A stretch of 63,698 bases of DNA, filler included, from Calcarisporiella thermophila CBS 279.70 (lineage: Eukaryota > Fungi > Calcarisporiellomycota): assembly GCF_041956535.1 (NCBI RefSeq). It is 6 parts of 6 records of this genome, joined end to end, with 100 filler letters (N's around TTAATTAATTAA, not from the genome) between each part and the next. Parts side by side here need not be neighbours in the genome. Positions count along the whole stretch, not along the records: positions 1 to 21,176 come from NW_027192242.1; positions 21,277 to 41,983 come from NW_027192193.1; 4 more parts are not named here. The stretch is one strand, 5' to 3'. A program made the position numbers and the translations under genes. The notes under the pieces are model-generated. The model did no database searches and had not been told where the DNA came from. It saw only the letters and a list, made by a program, of their open reading frames with translations. Below, piece after piece: positions 12,601 to 25,561 of this stretch (its first letter is position 1; every line of letters begins with the position of its first letter).

Positions 12601-15600
12601 AGACATTTAAACCCAATAATGTTGGGGTAGCAGTAACCGGCGATGTTAAGATTGTGAATGCCACTTCTTTGAATTTTGTTATCATCCTATCAGCGGTATT
12701 GGGTTCAATCATGGTTGTGTTGATTAAAGCGCTCAGATTTAATAATTTGTCAGATGATGCGATAGTTACAATCAGAGGATATTCACTTCCTTCATAGTGA
12801 TCGACCTTCGTTAAACGAAATTCACATTTCATGTTAACCAAATCACTGAGTGGTGAGGGAGTGCTTTGATATGATATGACCGTTGGGAACATTCCCTGTG
12901 TCCACGGAAATTCAGTCCAACGTTTGATATCGCTTAGTGGAACATGGCTATAGGGAAGTGAAGCCACATGATACTCCTGAATTGCCAAAAGAAGCTCATT
13001 GACCGTCATAGAATCCTTCAACACGGCTCGGACTGGAATAGTGTTGATGAGCATCCCGATCATACTATTTTTCAAGAAAAATGAATATACAGCTTTAATC
13101 TACTAAACACTGGTCCATTGAGTCGGATGCAACTATCCTTACCTTGTAACATTGTCGATACTTTCATCGCGACCCATAACCACGCTTCCAAAGATTACGT
13201 CGTCACTTCGAGTGTAATGACGTAGTACGATAGCCCATAGAGCTCTGCAAAAATTTGATATAGTAACACCAAGTCCCATACAATAATGGTGAAGTCGTTC
13301 CATTGGGATATCAAGCTTATAAGTTCGCGATAATACGCCTCTATCTTTAGAGCAAGTATTTACATGGGAAATATTAATTTTCTCAGGAGGAGTAGCCCCA
13401 TCGAACACTGATTTCCAATACGCTTTTGCCTCTTCAACATTAGTCGAAAGGACAGTTTCAACATGCAACTTGAATGGCGGACGGATTTCCGGTTTGAATC
13501 CGGAATACACTTTTATCACTTCGCTCAAAAGGATAGTGTCAGACCATCCATCAATAATAGAATGATGCATAGCCCAGAAGAGACGATATCGATTGGTTTG
13601 TTTTATTCGCACTATTGTGAACCTGGCGAAACTAATACTATCTAATCGGAAGCCAAGAGTGCGATCAGCAACAAGCATATTTTCTTGCATCTTGTCAACC
13701 TCGTCTATTGTCCATTCAATTGTTTCTTTGAATACTCTCGGTGAGTTTTTGAGCACAATCTGGTATACGCCCTTCCCAGTGGTGACAAATGCTGTGCGAA
13801 GGATGGGATTAGCCGCTGCTACTTGATACCATGCTGACTGCAGGCGATACTCATCAAATGATCCCTCAATTTCATACACCGATTGCACCATATACGCCTG
13901 TGGATTTTGTGCAAGAGCCGAGATGAAACTTGCCTGTAGAGGTGTTGCGGGATAGATATCCTCCACTTCGCGCGGCGTGATATTTAGTATACGTAAATGA
14001 TCTGCTTCGATCTCATTAACTAAGTTGGGATCTGATAAAAGTGTAAAATCGTGATTTGAAAATCCGCCAGGAGTGCGTTGATCACAGCAATGATCGATGA
14101 GAGATTCCATCGTCTCTGTCCACCTTTGACACCATAACTCTAGGATTCCGCCATGGAAAATGGAAGAATTAAATTTGAAAATTAACTCCAATCGCCCATC
14201 CATATCAAAGTAGCACTCGATCGAAACTTCACGAAACACCTCATTTTCATTTTCATCGCCTATATAGCTCCCGCCACACTTAAAAAAAGCTGTATCTTTC
14301 TCAAAATTGTGAAAGTGACCGTAATAGTTGAAATATATCGGTGTCATCTCATGTTCTTTAATCAACTTGTTGTCCGGTGTGAAGGGTGCCAAATATTTAA
14401 TTGCGCCATAGGATAGACCTTTCTCAGGAACTGTTCTCAATGTTTCTTTTACATTCTGAATAGTGCCAGCAAAGTCATTTGGGCTTTTCAGAGACAACAC
14501 AATTGGGTATATTGTTGTAAACCAACCGATTGTTCTTGATACGTCTAATGTGGAATTCCAAGGTTCACGCCCATGTCCCTCAAGATAAAATACCAGGTCT
14601 GTTCTTCCAGTGATAGCTTGGAAGCTCAACCAAAGTGCAGTCAAAATTAGATCCTGGTTATTTGTTCTATAAGTACTGTTTGCTCTATCTAACTTGCTTG
14701 AGGCGATACGACCGATTTTCCTTTTTAGTATCCGATTGTCAATGCTTTTAGCTCTAAAAAAGGGACTGGGATTAACGTTCACATGTAAATTTGTATATCA
14801 ATAAGAATAAAATTACTCTACGCTGTCCTGAATGGTAAGAAAATGCATATCCACGGTAATAATATTCCGCGCCCATTTAATGGGATCAAAAATTTTTGCT
14901 CCTTGCAGTTGAGAGACTGCCCATTCTTGGAACGAGTTTGTTTTTTGCTCCAAGGATCCACCCTTCAGTAAACATTCGAGATCTTCTAAAAGTACTCGCC
15001 AAGAAACGAGATCGACAACCAGATGATGGATTTTGAACAATATTCTCTGCTCATGACCGAACTATGGAAAAGGTATTATAATGGATAAAATACTAATTTC
15101 AAAATTTAATATATAGTTGAATCATTCTTACTTCAAAAAGTGCGGCACAGTATAATAAGCCTTTTTCAATGTCGAAAGAAGAAGAGAGTATTTTAACACG
15201 CTCTGCAAACTGCTTTTCACTCTTACAAAGAACATAGTGAATATTCGACTTGCAATAATTTGGTTCCCGAATTGACTGTCTCCATTCATTATCTTTATTT
15301 CTAGTGTAATACGCTCTAAGCATATCGTGATGCTCCACAATTTTTGTGATAGATTGTGTGAAACTTGTAAAATCAATACGTTCTTGAGGAAGGAGTATCC
15401 AACCTTGGTTGAAATGGTTGAGGTAGAATCTCCTCGACTTAAAGAACCAATGTTGAACCGGTGTTAATGGAACATCTCCCACCACAATACTCGGATTACG
15501 CGTAGATTCATCTTGCTTTTCTTGTAAGATTGGGGCCAGTTTACCAGGTGTGGGATATTTGAATATCTCTGACACAGATACGGAAAGGCCATGTCTTCGG

Positions 15601-18266
15601 AAGGCTGATACAAGTGTAATGGCAGATATAGAGTCACCACCTAGTTCAAAGAAAGTAGTTTGGAGATTGATCAGGCTGGCATCTACATTAAGTACCGATG
15701 CCATTGTCTCTATAATTAGCCGCTCCCTATCTGTTGTAGGCTGCACTGGTGCAATTTTGAACTGACTTGCCATTTCTATCAGTTTAGACTTGTCGGTCTT
15801 TCCATTCGATGTCATTGGGAAATCGTCCAAAGAAAAAATGCTGGCTGGGATCATATATTCGGGCAGGTAGTCGAACAGCCAATCTCTAACGGCATCAATA
15901 TCCACATTGGCAGGCGTAACAAAGCTATACAAAGTATTTTCCCGCACCACCGCAACTGCTGACTCAACCCCCACATACCGGCGTATGGCAACTGCTACTT
16001 CTTCAAGCTCTACTCGGTATCCCTTCAGCTTGACCTGGTCATCGCCTCGCCCACAGAACTCCAGCTCACCTGAAGAAAGCCAGCGTACAACGTCACCTGA
16101 GGCGTATATTCTGCTACCGGGCTCTGCAAAGGGATCTTCTATGAACTTCTCAGCTGTCATATCTGGTTGGTTGAGATAGCCAAGTGCTACCCCGACGCCA
16201 CCGATGTACAGCTGACCCTTGACTCCAATGGGAACCGGTCTAAGTTCACTGTCAAGCACATACGCTCTCATGTTGGGTAAGACACTTCCAATGGTGGGAA
16301 CCATGCTTGGCTTTAGAGCGTGCGTGCAGGTGCAATGTATTGAAGCTTCTGTCGGTCCATAATCGATGTAAAAATTGGCTTGCTTCCCCCATCGATCTAC
16401 TAAAGTGGGTGGGCAAACTTCTCCAACTGCGTTGATAACTTTGATGTTTTTAAAGTCATTCGGATTAAGTTTAAGCAGCCCAGTTGGAGTTAATTTTACA
16501 ACATCGACTTTTGATAACGTCGATTTTATATTTTCTCCCCTCAAGACTAGAGTGGCACCCTTGGATAACGTCATGAAGATATCTGCCACACATGCATCGA
16601 ATGATACAGCCATAAATCCTCCAACACGAACTCCTGGTTTCAGATGAGATGTGATGGGATGAACTAAAACATTATTAACTACACTCTTGTGTTGAACCAT
16701 GACTCCTTTTGGTTTTCCAGTTGTGCCAGACGTAAAACTATATAGAAAAATGATCAATGAGAAATATCGACGATATAATATATTATAAATATCATAATTA
16801 CATAATATAGGCCAAATCTTCCCTTGTAGCTAATTCCTTTGGCTTGTTCACCTCAATTTGTTTCCCATCATAACCATTAATAAGTATGGTTTTATGCGAA
16901 TACTGCTCTGGAACCGACCCCACATCCCGTAAAGTTGACAATAAAACGGGACCTAGTACATCGTCTAAAATGGATGTGATGCGGTGACGGGGAAATCCAG
17001 CATCAATGGGAACATAAGCGCCTCCAGCCTTAAGGATGGCGAGGACCCCAACTATCATTTCAATGGATCGTGAAATGACAAGCCCAACGTAAACCCCTGG
17101 AACAACCCCTTGTCGTCGCAGGAAATGTGCTAGCACATTGGCCTGTGCATCCAGCTGCATGTAGCTAATTTGCTTGTCACCCTCCTCAATTGCGATGCTT
17201 TGTGGGGTCTTTCTAACTTGTGCTTCGAACCCGTTGTGCAGACATTCAAAGCGAATTTTTCGGACTTCCCCGAGGCAAAAACGATTTAATAATACCTTTT
17301 CCTGTGCAGAGAGTTGGTTTAGTTGATATAACCGTGGTAAGTTATACATCGGACTGTACAATATTATCTTCAATGTATCTTCAAATTTTGACATCATTCC
17401 GTCAACAATTTCACGCCCGATCTCTTCAAGATTGAACGAGATATTTGCATAGATTGAGTTGCTTCCATCAGATAACACTTTTATGCCTAAAGGATACCCC
17501 ATTGATTTGAATTCGTATCTTATATTTGCCATATAACTAGAACTATTGTCATTAACTATTGTGGGCGCTTCCGAGGTCAGATGTTGATACGAGAAAAAAG
17601 TCTGTAATCTTCCCCGAGCCCATTGAGGGCTGGTCCAACTTCTAATATCAGAATATGACACATGGCAATGTGGAAGCGCCGCACTGTGGAAATCTTGAAC
17701 AGCCTGGAAAAGCTCCCGTAGTTCCATCGAGTCGTTTAATACAAGCCGAATCGGTATCATATCGAGGAGTGCTCCGAATATCCTGAATGGTTAGGTTCGA
17801 GAAGGTCATTCTACCAGAATCTTTCAAAGCGTCTATCTTAAAAGCATATTTTTCAATCTGTACTGTACCTGGCATCGTGGTCCTCTTTACCATGTTCCGC
17901 GATGAAACAAGTAAAGATTACAACATCCCACCGTGTATAATGTCGCAAAACAATTGCCCAGATGACTTTTAAAAAGTTTGGCACCGTCACTTTAGAGCTT
18001 TTACAAAATGTCAAAATTTGATCAAACTGCAATTCTAGCTTGAAATCCAGTTCTTTTGTCCGAGCGACTTGTTTAGATGTGTTAGAGGCATCCACAAAAC
18101 TCCATATATTATCTCCTCTCTTAGGATTGACGGATCCTTCGAAGATCGATACCCAAAACTCTCTGGCCGCGTCAACACGTTCATTATGGAGTAAAGCTGA
18201 AGTTGCCCTTGCACCTTGACAAGAATCTGGGTATTTTCTTACTTCCTCCACTCGATAATGTGTCAT
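670..18266 (-). CDS. Tetramodular nonribosomal peptide synthetase, about 5540 aa, 15 exons: half-C-A-T-E / C-A-T-E(degenerate) / C-A-T-E(degenerate) / C-A-T-FSH1-like hydrolase
   Basis: Four A domains ([19 protein letters not shown].QxK, NGK), four T domains (GGDSI), three intact C domains (HHSIIDG, HHSIMDG, HHLIVDG) and three E-like domains. Fourteen GT-AG introns traced by hand: 17783-17868, 16738-16801, 15062-15131, 14754-14816, 13065-13142, 10408-10486, 10096-10162, 8418-8478, 7381-7442, 5700-5780, 5388-5460, 3716-3779, 2685-2743, 1191-1257. Removing them gives one open frame of 16623 nt. The start ATG at 18266 is a best guess. Confidence 0.93.
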
Positions 18267-18534
18267 TTTGGAGCACACGAATAAAAGCCTAATACAGTCT
18301 AGTTGAGAATACCCTTCGTGGAGGTAAAAGTTCTCATAATCATTTTACGAGTAGCTCTTTTATTATTTTGCGTTTACATAGAATTCTCTTTAAAGTCTAT
18401 TTTTATTCCACTAAGCATTTCTACCTAAATATTTTTAAACACCAACTTAACTATAATACCGATAAGGATAGATCCGAAACACAAAAACTACAATTCAATG
18501 AGCCTAACTTACATTATACTAGGTTCATTTACAG

Positions 18535-18786
18535 CCTTACAAAATCCGCCCGGTGAAATCAGCTAAGTTACGCATAGAAGCGTGAAGAAAGGATGGAGAA
18601 CGTTCGTGATTCCTTAAATTTTTACAAACCTTTCATATACTTTTCACAATTTTAAAAATGGAAGAGGAGGTTACAATTTAGAGTGTTACTGTAAAAAATT
18701 TATGAGGAATCGTGAACGTTCTCCATCCTTTCTTCACGCTTCTATGCGTAACCTAGCTGATTTCACCGGGCGAATTTTTTGTAGGG
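18535..18786. mobile_element. MITE-like element with about 90-bp terminal inverted repeats
   Basis: 18535-18626 and 18690-18786 are near-perfect inverted repeats; termini are CCTTACAAAA and TTTTTGTAGGG. Confidence 0.75.
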
Positions 18787-19560
18787 ATTTTTTGGGACTA
18801 AGCTATTTCTACTTCGAAACTACTATAGTTACACTAGAAATTCTCACCATGTGAATTGATTAAGTTTGTTATGAGATTATATAATACGAAGTTGATAAGA
18901 GCTTGATAAGCTAGGTGAACCCAAATTTTATTTCGAAAGATTTAGAGTTATTTCACTTCACGAAATTGAGAAATACAGATTGGATGTGCTAGAAATTATC
19001 ATCAAAACATCAAATAGATGCATTTATGCTTTGCCCAATGAGGGTTAGAACAGGATACACAGCATGCATGGGTTAGTAGTGTAGAGGGTTTCTCTGCTGA
19101 AGCAAAGCATAAATGGCATAATGGGCCAGGCAAAACCTGCAGTCAACGCTCAGGTCAGCTTATTGGATTAAAATTATATGGAAAACAAAAAATAAAAAAA
19201 ATGATGTATTGCGATATGGAAAACAACCCTGAGGAAATCACTGGGTTGCCTCAGAACAATGCACGAAATTCAAAATTCAGAAAAAAAGCTAAATTCAGTG
19301 TAACTCCAACAGAGGAAGAAGTTAAGTCGGACTACAAATTCTGCCTAATTTATTTCACGTAAAGTCACTAGGCTTAAGCAAAGATAAAACTTTGATATGA
19401 TTTCAGATTTTTATTCCACTTGTGACCATTTGGGTATAATAACATGGTATATTGGGATATTGAAATAAAATAAATATATTTCTCCACACTCTCAAGTTAG
19501 CCCTACAAAGTATAGAAAAATGTAGAAAACAAGGAGAACCTGGAACTTTTATTTCATTTT

Positions 19561-19965
19561 TCCCTTTGGGCGAGAGCCCAAGGGAAATGAAGCTGGATGA
19601 TATCGGCCCTTCGGAGCCCAAATCGTGCTTTATTTGTAGTAAGATAAAATATCGATAAAACATTGATAAAACATAAATAACAATATCGATAAAAATTTTA
19701 GCTTTTTTTCAATACACATAAAAGCAAAATAGAAAAGTAGAAAAACAATGTAAACATATAAAATGCCATTTACTTCAAATTCCATCCTTAGCTTTGAGAA
19801 GTTTCCTGAAGTCGTGTCTCTCGTCGCATGGGTGTGGTGGGTAGGCATCCAGCTTCATTTCCCTTGGGCTCTCGCCCAAAGGGAATTAACCTTCACTAGT
19901 TCGGCCAATGCCCTTTAGGCTTTGTGCCCAAGCTTCATTCGCTGGATGGTGTTTCGTCGCTGGAT
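19561..19965 (-). mobile_element. 3' part of a DIRS-like element (internal complementary region plus right terminus), no YR ORF seen
   Basis: Its reverse complement aligns with about 60369-60740. An internal inverted repeat pairs 19561-19598 with about 19847-19884. Confidence 0.75.
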
Positions 19966-20169
19966 TACTTCTCAGTGTTCCGCTTATCCTGTTGAGTCAA
20001 ATATTGGTCTAATAAGGTTCTATCCAGCAATCCCTTAGCTATCCCTAAGCTCTCGATTGCTCCTTCCCAAACACTTCAGAAGACTAGTAAACGACACAAG
20101 ATGGTGGTAGTGTAATCGGATTTATCCTAACTAAACAGCACACATTTATTGTAAACTAAAGATATAACC

Positions 20170-21135
20170 TGCTCACTCGAGTTCGTCCAAAGAAGCCTCT
20201 TCTTACAGTATCACATCATCGAAGGCGCCTGGAGTTTGCAAAGAAGCATCTTCATTGGACTGAAGAAGATTGGAACCAAGTAATATTTTCTGATGAAACG
20301 AAAATAATACTCGCGAATGAGGGAGGCAAACAATCCTATTACAAGTACAAGGGCGAACCTCTTCGTAGCCGTCATATCCAACCTACTCTAAAACACGGGG
20401 GTGATTACTTGATGGCGTGGGGCTGTACTACGGCACATGGAGTTGGGTACCTCTGTCGAATCAACGAAGGGCTCAATGCTCAACTTTATTGTAAGATTCT
20501 CAGTGAAGAATATAGATGGACTTTGGAATATTATGGGGTCGACAAGTCGGAAGTGATTTTCCAACATGATAATGACCCCAAGCATACAGCTAATATCACT
20601 AAAGCCTGGCTTCAAGACAACAAGCTACAGGTACTAGAGTGGCCTTCGCAGTCTCCCGATCTCAATATCATGGAGCACATGTGGAGTGAATTAAAGCGAA
20701 GACTTGCCAATTATCGCAGAATGCCCATGAACAAAGATGAGTTATGGGAACGAATTGAAACAGAGTGGGAAAGCATCGATAAAGAATACATCGGAAAACT
20801 CTACGAAAGCATGCCGGAGAGGATACGCGCTGTATGCTTCGCTAAAGGAGGGCACACAAAGTATTAGCTAGGAAAAGAGAAAATAATGATCGATCAAAAT
20901 AGTAGCTATATTGTAAGATATTGAATTATGTAGAAATGCACTTTTTATAACTTCAACTTCCCAGAGCGCGAGCCCTTGTTTGTTAAACAGGGCATGCACA
21001 TATCCCTACAAAAAGTGTAGGCTCTGCAGTTTTTTATAATAACTTTCTCACTCTAATTTTATAAGGAGATGATGAAACATTTGGCGTCCAAGGAGATGTG
21101 GCTTGGGTATTCCTCCAATTTCGGACGGGGCTGTA
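20170..21135 (+). mobile_element. 5'-truncated Tc1-like DDE transposon
   Basis: Open frame KKPLL..RLEFAKKHLHWT..WNQVIFSDE..FQHDNDPKH..WPSQSPDLNIMEH..GGHTKY, stop at 20867. Candidate right TIR ends GGACGGGGCTG followed by TA at 21134-21135. Confidence 0.85.
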
Positions 21136-21277
21136 TTAAAGAGGTATCTAAGTATGTGACGGGGGTTTTTAGTTGGNNNNNNNNNNNNNNNNNNNNNNNN
21201 NNNNNNNNNNNNNNNNNNNNTTAATTAATTAANNNNNNNNNNNNNNNNNNNNNNNNNNNNNNNNNNNNNNNNNNNNT

Positions 21278-21465
21278 GACAAGACAGAGGCAGTACTAGT
21301 GGAGGATTAAGACAAGACACGACAGGAAGAAGAGGGTGATTGTAGTGAACCAGAGGGGAAAAGACAGAGATAATACTCATGGAGAACGTAGACACGACAA
21401 GCAAGACAAAGAATTAGTGGAGGGTCCAGTCACAATTTTTTGTGCTGGCTACGGGAATCGAACCC
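21278..21465 (+). mobile_element. LTR 3' end followed by a long tRNA-complementary primer-binding-site-like sequence
   Basis: An LTR-like end ...CCAGTCACA (21434) is followed by TGTGCTGGCTACGGGAATCGAACCC, which is complementary to a tRNA acceptor stem and T-arm. Confidence 0.5.
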
Positions 21466-21596
21466 TCGCCATCTTGATGGCACCTAGGAGCGCTTAGAGA
21501 CTCCACCCTCCTTTTCGATTATTGGATAGATCGGGGTTTAAAATCAATGAAAATTTTTGACTAATAATATTCTTTTTGACGAAAATCTCGTCGAGA

Positions 21597-21670
21597 GCTC
21601 GTGTAGCTAAGTTGGTTATAGCGTGGCGCTAATAACGCCAAGGTCACAGGTTCGATCCCTGTCACGAGCA
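21597..21670 (+). tRNA. tRNA-Ile(AAT)
   Basis: Acceptor GCTCGTG/CACGAGC, anticodon arm TGGCG-CTAATAA-CGCCA, T-arm GGTTCGATCC, followed by an oligo-T terminator. Confidence 0.95.
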
Positions 21671-21836
21671 TTTTTGATTTATCTCGCATTGATACTTTTG
21701 GATATTCTCCCCCCCCATTGCGTATTTTGCGATTTGAGTCAAACCTTCGATGATGAAATCGTCGACAATTTTTTTTTGGTAACTCCTTCCAAGAGTGTCT
21801 TGCCCTAGAACTGACTAATTCCTTTAAGTTATTAAC

Positions 21837-23508
<1,672 letters not shown>

Positions 23509-24103
23509 TAGCGCGTGGGCCCGTTGGCCGAAATCTGTTGTTGGACTCGCAATATCCCCTCGTATTATCTAATTTCGTTTACCCAGCATATCCGATTTTG
23601 TGGGATTTCAATTGCTTATTAAAAAGGAAATATACTAAAACTCCAGATCGGCCTTGTTAGAATGGCGACTGATGAATGATGAGGAACTTGCGGGCTGCTT
23701 GTGTATCGGGTGTCCCTTGCTGTACCCCTGCAGCAAGGAGGCCCCCCCACAGTCCAGGCCTGGCTCTACTGTGGCCTGGCTATAGGTTTACCAGTTAAAC
23801 TCTGTGTCGCACCTGTTGAATCATTGCTAAGTGAACTTAATCTAGAACTGCTGCGCCCATTTGTTCACAAATGTTAAAAAAAAATTGAATTTGATTCAAA
23901 AAAAAAAGGAGCAAAAAAAGAAGGGAGCTACAATTCATTATCTTTTTATTACAATTATTGATTTTTTTTTCCCTCCCCTGTTTATCTACGACATAATAGC
24001 GACTCTCTTTTGTTTGATGAATTAAAAGAGCTGCCAAAACCACTCTTCCGTCTTCTGTTTTTCCTTTATCATTAGCGTGATTGGAAGTCCATTCCAATAC
24101 ATA

Positions 24104-24853
24104 ATGAGGTTATCCTATTTTTTCCTGTGCTCTACCTTGGCATTCTTGCTAGCATTCGGCACCAGTAGAGCACTAGCGGACGAAGCCATGGACAGCGGCA
24201 GCATCACTACAGATTATGCTGCCCCTCAAACCACCATTTATTCTCCAAGATCGACCGAATCCGCACTGGCTCCACAGCCTAGTAAAGATGTTAAGGGAAT
24301 ACAAGAAGAAAAGGTCTTAGAAATACAGCTGGAGAATAAAATTATCCAAGAGGTAAGCTATACATGTGTGCTTGGACCAATGATGGGTGCAATAAGGGTT
24401 GCTAATTAATTGCAAATGCAGGAGGAGAATACATTGCATATCATCATCATATCCTTTTCGGTGCTCGGCTCTGTGCTCATGATTATTCTCCTGACGCTGA
24501 GTGTGCTGCTCTTCTACCGTAAAAAGCGAAGAAAGAGAAATAGAGCAGAAGCACAGCGACGCAACGAAGGCGATGAGGCCGCCGGGGATGTGGCTGATAC
24601 CTTGCCTTCTGATAATAGCTCGCCGGACACAGGCCAACCGACTGAGGCGATTTTGCTGGAGAGAATCAGCCCTCAGGGTGTAGCAGAGGAGGCGGAAAGA
24701 GAGATGCGGACCTCTGTCCCGCTCAGGGAACCGTACTTCGAGGAGGATCCCCCGGACTACGAACCAAGCGCGCCGCCATTTTACTTGTTGCCCGGCACCC
24801 TGCATCCGCTGGAGCAGGATTATGGTGAGATGGAAATCCATGTGCGACGGTAA
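24104..24853 (+). CDS. Type I single-pass membrane protein with cytosolic PPxY motifs
   Basis: Signal-peptide-like N-terminus, intron 24353-24421, hydrophobic helix followed by RKKRRKR, then PPDY and PPFY motifs. Confidence 0.7.
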
Positions 24854-25561
24854 TCTCGCAGTATATTCCAAGGGCGCCGTGAGCTATAATGCCTGGCTCG
24901 AGCAGGAACAGATGGAGAAGCATCGCATTGGCGTTCCTGCTCACGTTATCTTTCAGATCCCCGGCCTCCACCCTGTGCAGCATTTATTGAATTCCTTGTC
25001 CTGGGAAATCCTGAGTAGAGTTTGGTGCCTCGGCTGGACGGACCACTTTTTCGGATACCCCCTCTTCGCCCTCCTCTTATGTAAACTTTCTTTGTACATA
25101 TGCTGTTCCCTATAGTTCTCTACATTAGTATATATCGCCAAAAGTTATCCCTGGAGCCGATCAGCTCCTATGTAGTGTCTCCCTGTGTTGTTGCAATACG
25201 CTATCCCCTTCCTTTGTTTTCTCCACCTTATGTTTTCCTTAATCAGAGTAAACGTCCACGAGCACCGAAAAGGTTTTTGGAATGCAAATATGGAAACAAC
25301 TCTGTCAACTAAGGATTTATTCCCGTATTCAGCGTGAAAAGCATCATGAGAGGGTGGAATCTCGAATGATCCTTTTGGGGAAGTAAAAAAGTGTGTGGCG
25401 CAGTCACTTGAACTTTGGAGTCGAGAAAAAGCACAAATTGGCCCCTAGGGAAAGAAGTTTAAACCCGATTTTTCAAAACTGCACCGATTAGGATCAAAGG
25501 ATCAGCATTGCGCGCCGTATAAGCCAAAGAGATTTGGAAGATTGGATAAACAGAGTCGAAC

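Noticed and set aside
670-18278. Fragmented NRPS ORFs as a pseudogene or several genes
   Set aside because: Every break matches a 59-86 nt GT-AG intron that restores the frame.
53-21176. Contig 1 being circular because the 22-mer recurs at both ends
   Set aside because: The sequences preceding the two copies differ, which fits separate LTR insertions.
21441-21510. Extra tRNA gene, including tRNA-Sec, on the minus strand
   Set aside because: Only the T-arm and 3' acceptor strand are present, with no matching 5' strand or anticodon arm; a PBS explains it better.
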